Below, piece by piece: positions 13,356 through 37,239 of a stretch of DNA of 64,000 bases. Source of the stretch: Botryllus schlosseri. Its lineage: Eukaryota. Under the pieces are notes generated by a model. The model was not told the origin of the DNA. It made no database searches and worked only from the letters and a program-made list of their open reading frames with translations. The stretch lies in contig CM119384.1 of the NCBI GenBank assembly GCA_051294905.1, forward strand, positions 9,362,001 through 9,426,000, given 5' to 3'. The translations under genes and the position numbers were made by a program. Numbering within the stretch: position 1 is the first letter of the stretch; every line of letters starts with the position of its first letter.

Positions 13356-15150
13356 CTACATTATGTTCAATGGTATTTCCACAGGCAGTGTTGCGTGCTG
13401 ACAGACATTTTCTGGTAGAATGCCGTCACTCGTTGATTCGTTGTTAATTGTCCTGCATGACTGCAGCTCGGTTGGTGTTGTCGTGTTTGTTGCAATCGAA
13501 ATGCCGGTATCGGCAGATTCGTCGTTAATTGAAGTTCGAAGATAGCGAGGAAATTTCCTGAATGAAAATCTGAAAACCGGTAGACTGATCGAATCTACTT
13601 ATCATCATGTTCGACGGTGCCTCGCCGATGTTGGTATTGGTAATACCGATGTTTCTTTGACGATGTTAATAGCTGTGATGCATAACTTGAAATTTAACCT
13701 TCCGTCTCCTTTGATCTCCGACCGTAAGTGGAAACATTTCATCAATACTGAGCCTCGGTCTTCCCATTATTGCCCCAGACCATAAGACTAGCAGCCTATA
13801 CTGCAGTATAGGTTTATTTGTGTTTTAACACACACTTTACTTTTCACGCATTACAATGTCCATTAGTATGAAACCTGCATCCCATATCAATTGTGGTTAT
13901 CAACTAGACTAGGCTAAATATTCGGAGTCTCGTGCACCCGCAAGGCTCTGGTCAATGCACATTAGGGCTGTTCAAAAATAACCTTTTTTCCTGAATCTTG
14001 CGGGTTACTTGATTACATCGTTAGGTTGCCTTAAAAATGACGCACACCAAATTTGAATTCATTCCAACCAATATTCGCGGATTTCGTAGAGTTTGAAAAT
14101 TTTGAATTTGCCTAAAAATGCAAAAAAAAAACTTTTTTCCAATTTTCCGTCCAACCTTAAGAAATTGTTGCACTGTCTTCAAAAACGATGTAAAACAAAT
14201 TTGACTCAATTCCAAGCTGCAGAAGCCGAGTTATTCAAGTTTTTTGATGATAATTCTGGGATGATCCACCAATCAAGGATAATCCCAGAATTATCAAAGA
14301 AAAACTGAAATAACTCCACTTCTACGGCTTCGAATTGAGTCAAATTTGTTTTGCAACGTTTTTGAAGACAGCGCAACAATTTCATGGGGTTGGCAGAAAA
14401 ATTTGAAAAAAATTTTTTTTTGCATTTTTAGGCAAATTCAAAATTTTCAAACTCTACGAAATCCGCGAATATTGGTTGGAATGAATTCAAATTTGGTGTG
14501 CGTCATTTTTCAAGGCAACCTAACGATTTAATCAAGTAACCCGCAAGATTCAGGAAAAAAGGTTATTTTTGAACAGCCCTAATGCACATGCACGCGAGAC
14601 CCACAAATAAGGAGTGAACTTGTTAGCAAGTAATAGGCCAACACTGTCGCCCAAACCTTGATTTCTACTGCACAAACTATTATTACACGGTACATACCAT
14701 TAGAGATCTGCATACATCATGATGCTCTGACCTCGCGCCCTCACAGAGTTGCCTATGCTGGCCCTGTGGCTAGTGAGTTCTGTGAAACTGCTTAACTGGG
14801 AATGACATGCTACCAGCACTGGGCAAAAAGCTGGGCAAAATCGAATACCCGAGTGATTTGATTCTGAATCATGTAATATGCTTGAAGTCGAATCATCAGG
14901 TATCACTCATTATGACGTCTTAACATACTGTGTAATATTAATATGTCAAAGTTGAAATATGTACCTTTTATGCGACCACAAAGAATATGATGCCTGTTAT
15001 CCATCACATTGAAAAGACTTGTGCCATTTCAAGTAACGTACCTAGCTTTGTACTACATGTTTCGTATGCTAAGATACGGCCAACCAAGGTTTCAAGGCTT
15101 GTGCCCAGCACTAACCAGCACACCAAAGTACCGAGACTCCACCCAGGCAT
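13356..15150 (-). CDS. Candidate orphan gene, possibly secreted; first and last exons visible, middle unresolved
   Basis: Exon 15150-15042: GCCATG context, MPGWSLGTLVCWLVLGTSLETLVGRILAYETCSTKL, then donor GTACGT. Terminal exon 13557-13356: acceptor TTTTCATTCAG, 66 open codons (KFPRYLRTSINDESADTG...PVEIPLNIM*), downstream AATAAA. No family recognised. Confidence 0.3.
13963..14581. mobile_element. Fold-back (hairpin) hAT-like MITE (family C), 619 bp
   Basis: Arms 13963-14267 and 14277-14581 are reverse complements around a 9-nt loop. Termini TAGGGCTG / CAGCCCTA; perfect 8-bp TSD ATGCACAT (13955-13962, 14582-14589). Track ORFs 14021-14215(-) and 14346-14531(+) give near-identical peptides, confirming the inversion. 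Confidence 0.93.
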
Positions 15151-15296
15151 GGCCTGCTTAGCTTAGCAATGCTCCCTAGCGACCTCCTTTTACCCCACCT
15201 TGGAGAACACCTCTATTGTAAGGCAAATTAGTTATCTCCAAAACCTAATCCTAACTGGAGTTGATAATGATTGAAACCCATGGAGGACATTGATAT

Positions 15297-16226
15297 TAGG
15301 GATGGTGTGAACGCGAGGTTCAGATTCTGTGTGTGAACCTCTGTAATTTGGAGGTAGGCCTATGCATTGACTAATGAACCTTGGAACCTTGGTAGGTTCT
15401 GCAATGTGAACCTTTTGCATGTAATACAATTTTTTCACGTCATTGTAACATCTTCGGTTGAAATTCTTTGCATTCAACTTCGGACCACTCTACGCATGGC
15501 GCTGGCAAAACGAACAGAAATTGAGCACCAAACGAGCATGCTCCTGGCCAATTTCAAAAATATTCGCTCGGAATATTCAGCTTTCCGTTTGTGAAGCTTG
15601 AGTGACTCTCTGCTGTAAGCTTGGCTTGCAATCCCACGATAGCAAGAACGAAACACGCTACATGTAGGAAGTCGGTGAATTGTGCTTAAGTCTTAGTCTA
15701 CCAATGTTTTTTACATAAATGAAACTGTTAGGAATCAATCGATGTCAAATGTAAAAAATGTATGAGGTGTTCGTGATCTATGTTGATTTGATATCCTTAT
15801 TCTCTCATAAAAACCAAATCTGTGCGGTTGGGGTGGTGGCTACTGTGTAACATGTATATGAGAAAATGTCCGGCGCAAGTATAGAAACCAGTGTTTCACT
15901 CTTGAGAATACATCTGTTTGGTCTAGCCGAGTCCTCGTTGAGATCGTTTGCGAAGCAGTTTCGTGGAATTAATATAGCATTTGATTGTTCCAGTTCATAC
16001 ATCAAGTGACGTTCATAAAGTCAGCATGTACTTGAGCATTGGAGCTAATATGGCCTGAGTCGTTGCTAGTCATGTACAATGTACATCAATATATTGATTT
16101 ACGGGTTGGTATTAGCAATATGATGTCACATGACGTCATAGGTTCATGTTCGCGTTGACACAGAATCTTTAAAACAGGTTCACGTTCACACGAACCAGAA
16201 CCTTTCAGGGGTTCGTACCATCCCTT
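15297..16226. mobile_element. Second family A hAT-like element, opposite orientation to the 3485-4414 copy
   Basis: Starts TAGGGATGGTGTGAACGCGAGG (reverse complement of the right end of copy 1) and ends GTTCGTACCATCCCTT. TSD ATTGATAT / GTTGATAT (7 of 8). Shares the subterminal block ATTAGCAATATGA..TGACGTCA. Confidence 0.8.
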
Positions 16227-17359
16227 GTTGATATCCCGCTGTCATAGGAAACCTTGCTTGATATTGTGCATTTATTGTAGAAGTTCCTAAATCGTTGCCC
16301 AAATGTCCATTGCATGTGGTCACTCCAACCTAGGCTGCAAAAGCACCTAAAACGCCTTATGCTATGTGATTGTCATCTCTCCATATATCGCTCATTATTC
16401 TCCAATGATTTTCGGAATAAATTGGTATGTTTGGGTTGAACAGATCCAGCTCGTATGTATCAGTTTCGTATTATTACTGGTTCGGCATTCTGTTCAGGCT
16501 GTGTAATCTGCTATAGTGCTATCAGCAATCAAATTGATTTGAACTTAACACCTTTTCATCAATAACTGGGAGATGTTGAATCAACTTGAATGTACGAATG
16601 GTCTACAAAACATTTATCACACGTTTGAAACTAGGCATCCAGAGCTAGATTTGAGATGCAATGGCATTTATTCTGTATGGAGGTCACCTAACAGAAAATT
16701 GGGTCAACTATGTAAAACGACAAACTCGGGACAAGTATTTGATATATATTCACAGCAAGGAAATGATAGATGTAGATTCTAGAAGTATTTGGACCTTAAC
16801 ATGATTTTTGTCCTTCATCGCAAGTCAGTAATGTTAAGTCCAAATGGCCCCTTTCCACGGCATCAAGCGTGATTACCTTTTATAAATAATGAGATCAGGT
16901 CAGTTCATGTATCTTTGAAGAGATTTTTCATTTACTGCTTTAGTTTCATACAAACGGAAGTCTTAATTCATTTCAAACAGCTGTATACCATTATTTTTAG
17001 TCGTGAATTTATGTATACTAATGACTAGGTTGCATTAAATTGATTCAGCACCTTCTGTTCTGCACTGGATAGCCTACATCAGTCAGAAAATCCACTGTTT
17101 CCATGTAGTAATCAATAAAACCTGTCTCTTGTTAATGTTTTAAAATGTATTGATTAAGGTATATAAGATCAGTTAAAAGAACATGTGACTCTGGGAACAT
17201 CTGTCCATTTCTAAGAGGCTTGAGCAGATTTTCACTGATCTATGTATCTATGAGGTTTGTTGTTTAAACTTCGGTATCGGGAAAAACCAAGCTGGGCAAA
17301 TAGATTTAATGAGTATCTGATATCCCATCATCATTGCAGAGGACTTGATCATTGATATT

Positions 17360-18647
17360 CCGTAAACCGGGGTAACTTTAAACAATTTTCAACAATTCCG
17401 CTTTGTATCTTGGAAATGCTAGGGTGTGGGGGATGCAAGTTTTGTGTTTTTCATGGGTCATGGAGCAAAGATTAGAATTACCTAATCCAAAATCTTCATG
17501 GTCATAAATAAGTACCTTATTTTCGTAAATTATCCGTGTCCAAAGTTACCCCTGCATGTGGGGTAACTTTGGACAATGTAGTTTTTTGTATGCGTTTACA
17601 CTTAATTGTTTATGAAACCTCGTGAATGAGGCTTATTTGGTAAGAGTTGATGAGAGCAGTGGCTAAAACTGAAACAAAATGGTATATGTCTGGCCTATTG
17701 CATGATTTTTACCTAATCCCCCCCCCCCAAAAAAAATGGTAGTTTATCAAGGGTAATGCCCCCTTATTCATCCCTTATCTCAATTTTCCCTCATGCCTTC
17801 ACAAATTATGACTTATAAATAACATATGGTGATAAGGGGTATCCCACTGGCAGTGTCAGCAATCGACAGCAAACATTAAGCATGTTACCGTGATTTATTG
17901 CTGATTTCAAATATATTACTGTTCTTTGAAAGATACACTTTCCCTGTCTTATGTCCTCTGATGGATATATTTGTCATAATTTACGATATCCCATATTCAG
18001 CAGGCACATCTTTAGGAGTATGTGATGAGTTTTTGAAGTAGCTTACACCCGATTACAATCTCTCGGCTCATTGCCTACCAATTTTTTCATATTTTGTCAA
18101 ACTCTCAATTTATTAACCTTCTCATTCCATTTTGAATAGCCATTAGGTAGGTCGTAAGGAATATAGTTAACGATCACTTTGACACAGATGAAGCAGCCAC
18201 TTTCCAGAGCTATGAATATCACATTTTCCACTGTCCAAAGTAACCCCGTTCTGATAAAATTTGACGGGCAACTTTGGACATCACATTTTCTTGTATTGAT
18301 CTAAGGGTGACCCCTCTGAGATTTTTGCCATGGATTAAGACTACTTAGAGGTATCTGCTGCCAAGTTTTGAAACTATGAATCACATGCTATCTATGTTTG
18401 GTTGTAAGAAGTTTAATGGCCATCAATTTTGATGAAATTGACCCCCGCCATTAATTTATCAATGTTGGGTCAAGTTTAACTGGTAGTGAAATGAGTCCAT
18501 CTTTTATTGAGACTACTTGTGGTACTGTTGCCTCAGGAAAAAGAATTGGACATCCAGCGGCAACCCTTTTCCATCAATAACCATTTAAATCTTTTACTGC
18601 TTAGTGTCCAAAGTTACCCTTAAGTCCAAAGTTACCCCGGTTTACGG
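17360..18647. mobile_element. Pogo/Tc1-mariner-like non-autonomous element, possible decayed transposase remnant
   Basis: Perfect 20-bp TIR CCGTAAACCGGGGTAACTTT / AAAGTTACCCCGGTTTACGG; internal repeats of TGTCCAAAGTTACCC including a perfect 16-bp hairpin at 17537-17575. Flanks are TT/TT rather than TA, so the superfamily call is an inference from TIR style. Confidence 0.7.
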
Positions 18648-19616
18648 TTCTGTAGTTACGTTGAAATTTTTCAAGTGACACCAATGGTTTCAACGGAGCA
18701 TTGAAAATTCATATCATTGTGAACAAAATGATTGCTATTTGCAATTTTCACCATTTCCTATTACCACATTGGTTCCCAACCGTTTTTCTGTCCATGGATC
18801 CCTTCGCGCCCTATATTTGAGTGGAAACAGGCCCCCGACTGTTTCAAATGCGAACCGCATTAAACTTCGGTAAGGTGGCGTTGGCCACTTTCGTCTCAAT
18901 TAGTTAGCACTCTGTGTATTGTTGCCAAGAAAATTGATGTATCCAAAGAAATAAGATCGTCACTTTCAGTTGTGGGAATATTGTTGTAACTTTGACATGT
19001 TTTTTCACGACTGCGTAACTCTGTTGGCTAAAAAAATATATCATCAAGTTTACTCCCGATGACTCTGAGGTTAATCGATTAATCTGGCATGCTTTTTTCA
19101 CTATGGCGCAAATGTTGACTTGGAAAAAGGTTAACACATGCACTAGTGTTATTGTTGTGCTGGATTTTTAATGAATTCTCTCTTTTAGGACAGATTTGAT
19201 ATAGAGTAGTCGTTCTCAAACAGTAGTCCGCGAGACCATATTTTGGGATCGTGAGACAATATTTTGGGACCACCAAGCACCTTCCACAAAACTTACACTC
19301 TCACGATAAAAAAATTTGTGGAATATGAAAATTTTTGATTACTCATCTTCAAACCAAAGTGGTAGCTTGAAAGGGGCCCAAAATTATTTCATCAATCAAC
19401 ATAAAATTAGGGTATTTTTAATCAGAGTTATTCAACCTGAAATTTTTTGGAGCGCTATGCATGATTAAGTGTCACTACATTTCTTGATTTTATTGCGGGT
19501 ATACCGATTTTCGAACAAAATACCACAATGATTTTACAGAAATAAATACAGAAATATAAAAAATGTATTCACAAAAATCACAAGTGAGAGTATCGCTTGA
19601 GGCTCTTGGTGCGGGT

Positions 19617-19930
19617 TAGGGCTGTTCAAAAAATTTTTTTTTCCTGAATCTTGCTGGCTAGGTGATAAAATCGTTAGTTTGCGTTAAAAAACGACCCACA
19701 CCAAATTTGAATTCAATCCAACTGGTAATCATAAAATTTTGAACTTACCAAAAGTGCCGAAAAAAAATTTGTTCAAATTTCTCTGCCAACCCCATAAAAT
19801 CATTGCGCTGTCTTCAAAAACGATGCAAAACAAATTTGACTCAATTCCGACCTGTAGAAGCGGAGGTATTTGAGTTTTTCTTTGATAATTCTTGAATTAT
19901 TATCCACCGATCAATAACTGGGATTATCCT
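19617..19930. mobile_element. Diverged single arm of the family C hairpin MITE
   Basis: Starts TAGGGCTGTTCAAAAA..TTCCTGAATCTTGC and follows the 13963 arm (CACACCAAATTTGAATTC, GTCTTCAAAAACGATG, CAAATTTGACTCAATTCC) to the loop region; no second arm. Confidence 0.8.
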
Positions 19931-21236
19931 TGATAAATCCTCATAGCTAATTTCTAAAAATGAAAGGGATGATTGAATTTTATAAAAAGGCAATATTTCA
20001 AATACCAAAAAGAAAACCATTCTGAAAGAATTATGTTCATACTTCAATGTTGAAAAATATGTGTCGTGATATATGTCTATATCGGTGTCTCCCAAACTTT
20101 TTTATCTACCGCCCCCCTGGGCAACGAATAAAGTACCAGCGCCCCCGACACCCCCCTCACCACGTGTAAATGATAAAACGAAAGTTGTTCTGCATTTATT
20201 ACAGCTAATAATGAGACGGATGAAGCTGTAGTATTATTATTATCATCATCCTCGACATATTGGGTTTGAGTCGTGGTAAGAACAAGCTCATTCTAAAATC
20301 TCCAGGGTTTACGTCCCGTACTGTCAAGTCGATTTCTGCTGTGAGCCAGAAAGCTTATCACGGCACTTAAAACACGTTCTATCACATATGAGTGGGGAAG
20401 GGCAATGACGAAAAACTCAAACCGACTCCAGTGAGAGTATTACTTTGATTCAATTGTGTATCCAGAACGATTGATTGAAGATACTGAACTTAGGGGTGAA
20501 ATCAAACTTGTTCTACACTGCAATGTAATCAGCTCCCCAACCATTTCATGCTCGGAAACGTCACAGAATGGATTGAATATCTGGCGAGGAATTTCTAATT
20601 GGAATATATCCTGGAATCAAATCATCATCTCCTCGTGCAATTTTCTGAGTTGATTGATTTATGTTTCTCCATCAAATTACGGTGAAATACCACGGGATTA
20701 TCATTGAATCCGGACAGTGCCATTTTAACCTTTATCAGGTTCATCATTACTAAGAATGGATATATTCCACACATAAATTTTGGTAAATATGACCGTCAAG
20801 TGGAAGCGATATCGTGTCTCGCAACCAGTAACGCCGTGTCGAAGGCCACCGTCGCGGTACTGTGGTAAAATCACGATCGTTTGAGACAAAATAAAATCAG
20901 GCAAGGCAGTTTCTGTTGAAATGCCATCACACCTTGCAGTAGGCAATACCTGCTCAAATACTGCGTATAGTTCTCACAACACACATAGTGAAACACGCTT
21001 TTCACGGATACTGCCGTCTGCTAAATTAGCTTGTTGATGGGCAGGTTCAACATTGTCAAGTAACAATGGACTTTTCCGATACAGCTGAATAGATAGACAG
21101 GCGACCTTAAATTGCCCTGGCTGAATCGATTCCACATTTTCATTGTGAATTTAGCTGCTTTATTTATCAATAGTTTCAACACTACGCAGCAGTTGTCTTC
21201 TAAACCTACACCGTCCCATTTGCTCTCAGCGCCAAC

Positions 21237-21614
21237 CCATGGTATTAGTATCATGAACGTTGGTAGTGTCAGTGAATGACGCCGCTCCGATTATACTATT
21301 ACCACTCATAATTTCTATTGTGGTTTCTTCCTGAATTATAACTGAATGAGAATTTTGATACGGATGCACAATTGGATTAATCATCATCTCAACATATTAT
21401 TTCAATCTTTCCAGGTGTATCTAACTCATCCTAATCGCGTTGTCTGTGTGAATGGGACAGTGACTTTGTCTTGTTACATTGCCTTGTAGCATATCTTCAT
21501 GTCCTCGGACAGTGTCAACGATAATACAAATTCCCCAAGTGCCGTAGATCTTTCTCCGCCAAGAAAGTACAGAAAAATCGAAGACAACAGCACTGTACCG
21601 CAAAGAGAATCCAT
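21237..21614 (-). CDS. Candidate first two exons of an unrecognised minus-strand gene, head-to-head with UBA1
   Basis: 21614-21528 MDSLCGTVLLSSIFLYFLGGERSTALGEF (signal-peptide-like; donor GTATTA). 21330-21237 EETTIEIMSGNSIIGAASFTDTTNVHDTNTM (acceptor ATAATTCAG; donor GTTGGC). Phases are compatible; downstream exons could not be chained. Confidence 0.2.
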
Positions 21615-22567
21615 TATAGTTTCTGTCAAACAGGTGAAGTCTATTTTTTGCATGCTGCAAATTGATTTTGTATAATGTGTGCTGGTAAGTCTGAATAATC
21701 TGGTCACTATAATATGTCTTTTCCTCCAAAGTTAGCGCAATCAAGTCCAGATTTAAATAACATACGATCTGGTGTTCATATAGAAGCTTTTCTCTAACTA
21801 AATGTACTGCATTATGTGATCAAATGGCACAATAGAGCTTTCTGGAAAGTATTGGTTTATGTGTGATGAAAAATGATATTTTCACTATCACGATGGCTGA
21901 CACTAGTTGTTTATAAAGGCACGGCGTATTGCGTCATAGTGTTGCAATGATGATATATATAAGCCCATTCATTGTCTGAACCGCACTATTGTATTATTCA
22001 GATGGTATGTCTGTGATCAACTGTATTGTGCTGTATTTAGACCGGAATTGTGATGTGGAATTGATGTTTTCTGTGCTTGTTACTGTCTATATATATGAGA
22101 TTTTAACTCTGTTGAATTTTTATACAAAATCAGCTGATATATCGGTCTCTCTACTCTAGATAAACATGACACTTTTCCCTAGTTAATTATTGATGACGCA
22201 GCGGCAGAGGCACTGCCTCAAGCAGAAACCGTTTGTATGGTCTAAATAGCTGATGCTAGTATCTGTTCCTGTTCATGTGTTGGCTGATTCCGTTGTAGCC
22301 TGTGTTGAAAGTAGAGGCAGTCTGATTACATGGTTACAGAAGTCTGATTTACTAGTAGGAGCAATACCAAAGTAATACCAGTTATAAAATGTGTCAGTAT
22401 GTATTTGTACAGTGAACTATCAAAGTGTAGGCATATCGGTTCAGGGAAGATAGATGTTGATAAAGTATAGTGAACTTGTCATTGTTGTTTTTTGTTAAAT
22501 GGCATTCATTCATTGCAATGAATGGAGACCTGAAGTTTATTAAATTGGTGTCTTGGTATTTTAGAAC

Positions 22568-35242
<12,675 letters not shown>

Positions 35243-35721
35243 GAAGATGATCTGAATGTTAGGAGTACGTTGTTGCCCTTTTCGACACAGTGTAGGTTTG
35301 ATGAGTCTGCAAACTACAAACTTTGGTTGATGTTAACTGGATCATATGTTTCGTTTTGTATTACTTCACTGGTATTTTCGTCGGTTTAGTGGGCTGATGG
35401 TATGCTGTTGCACTGCTCCGGCTATGCCGCCCCTATTAGTTTCGAACGGCGAAATTCTGCACAATGCAAAGTCGCAACCTGAAATACATTTTGCTTCTGA
35501 TATCTTGAGATGTGATGGATAAACTCGTGCTATAAAGGAGTGGGTCAGCTCAATATATGCTGCTTCCAAGACCTTACGTCCCGACTTGTGGATTAGAAGA
35601 ATACCAGGAGCTATGCTGCGCCGTTATCCAGCCACAACGACATAAATCTGTCGTTACTAATCGTCATACTATATTTTCATCTGATCAAGGCACGCAGAAT
35701 GTACATTGTACAATGCGATGT

Positions 35722-35727
35722 AATAAA
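35722..35727 (+). terminator. Candidate UBA1 polyadenylation signal
   Basis: First AATAAA I found after the UBA1 stop, about 480 nt downstream and before the LINE nest. Confidence 0.35.
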
Positions 35728-35987
35728 CGGATAGGAGAATGCCGAACAACCAGTTGCGGTCTTTTTAACTTGTGGACTACTGGTAAATTTCGTATCGCTG
35801 GGGAAAGCCATATTGCCAGCAGTAGAGAGATCCAGATGACGAAGTTGTGTTATATATATGGGCATGTAGGTAGGTGTCAGTCAGTTGGAAATGTACATTT
35901 GAAGCCGGATTGTTTCAATCAACTGACAGGATTTTTATTCGACCCCGGCCGTTTATTCTATGAGGTGATCCGGTGGTATATATATAG

Positions 35988-37239
35988 CATCATCATCATC
36001 ATTGGTTTATTAGCAATTTTATCAGTTCAATACACCACAAAAAATGCGATACAATGAATAGACAGGAAGATGTCGAAGCGACTTGGATTTGTCAATGGAA
36101 TCGGACACCCACCTTGGCCTAGGCGTAGTAAAGAGGAGGCATGCACACTGAATGAAAGTAAAGAATACAGTATAGAAAAAGAAAGCGACAAGAAATAGGG
36201 CGGCATGTCATGGGAAGCGAGATCGATAGGTCAGTCGTGGTCCGGTAATCTTGAGGATGGACTGTATTTATTTAGTAGTAATTGCTTGTATTTCGACTTG
36301 AATGTGGACATGCTCGTCGACTGTCGAATGGCCGGCGGGATACTGTTCCACACATCAGGTCCGGCATATTTGATGGAGCGATGATCTTTTCGGTCGATCA
36401 TATGATATTTGGACGACGTGGACGCGCGTGTGTTGTACTTGTGCGCTTTTGATTCAGAGGTAAAGAAGTCATTGAAATATTCGGGGCAACGACCGCAGTG
36501 AAACTGATACATAAACTTGGCGATTTCTAGTTTCCGCATATCTTCTATGTTTAGGACGCCGAATCTCTTCAGCAGCGACTTATTGGATGGGCAGCCAGGC
36601 CCCTTTGGGGCCCTAGCTATGATTCGGAGCACTTTATGCTGTAGTTTCTGCAGTGGCTTGAGTGCAGTTTTACTGGCAGCCCCCCAACAGAGGATGCCAT
36701 AATGTAACTTCGATTGGATTAAGGATTTAAAGAGTATCAGGAGAACCCATGCTGGCATGAAGCGCCCAAGGCTGTAGAACAGGCCGCACTTCGGTGATAA
36801 TTTAGTTTCTAGGGATTGAATATGACTCTTCCAGGACATGTTCGAGTCCAGTAAAACTCCGAGATATTTGGCATTATCTGTGTTGGAAACGGGCTGACCA
36901 GCGATATTAACGGTTAGGTTATTTTTTGAATTGACTGTCAGCAATTGCGATTTCGAGGCGTTTATGCAAAGGTTGTTCTGGGCCGTCCACTCATGGACTT
37001 TGGGCATTTGGTCACCAGTCAGGGCATCCAGCTCTGCCGTCGAGGATGCGGAAGAGAGGAGGTGAGTATCATCAGCGAACAGTGTGGTGTTCAATGAGGA
37101 GGTTTCAAAAATGTCGTTGACATATAAGGTGAAAAGGACCGGTCCAAGTACTGAGCCCTGGGGCACACCGCAGGTCACCGGGTGAGGAGAGGACAAGGTG
37201 TCTGAGATCGCAACCATTTGTTGGCGTCCAGTGAGGTAG
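35988..37239 (-). mobile_element. 5'-truncated CR1/L2-group LINE: RT C-terminal part, 3' UTR and (ATG)n tail
   Basis: ORF 36231-37259(-) has GVPQGSVLGPVLFTLYVND, LFADDT, KYLGVLLD, HKYNTR and GPDVWNSIP, typical of CR1/L2/Crack-type ORF2. The 3' end is AATAAA followed by ATG repeats (CATCATCATC at 35988-36000 on the + strand). Confidence 0.92.

Noticed and set aside
35557-36057. 166-aa + strand ORF after UBA1
   Set aside because: Runs through the probable UBA1 3' UTR into the reverse complement of the LINE tail (the IIIII stretch is the CAT repeat).
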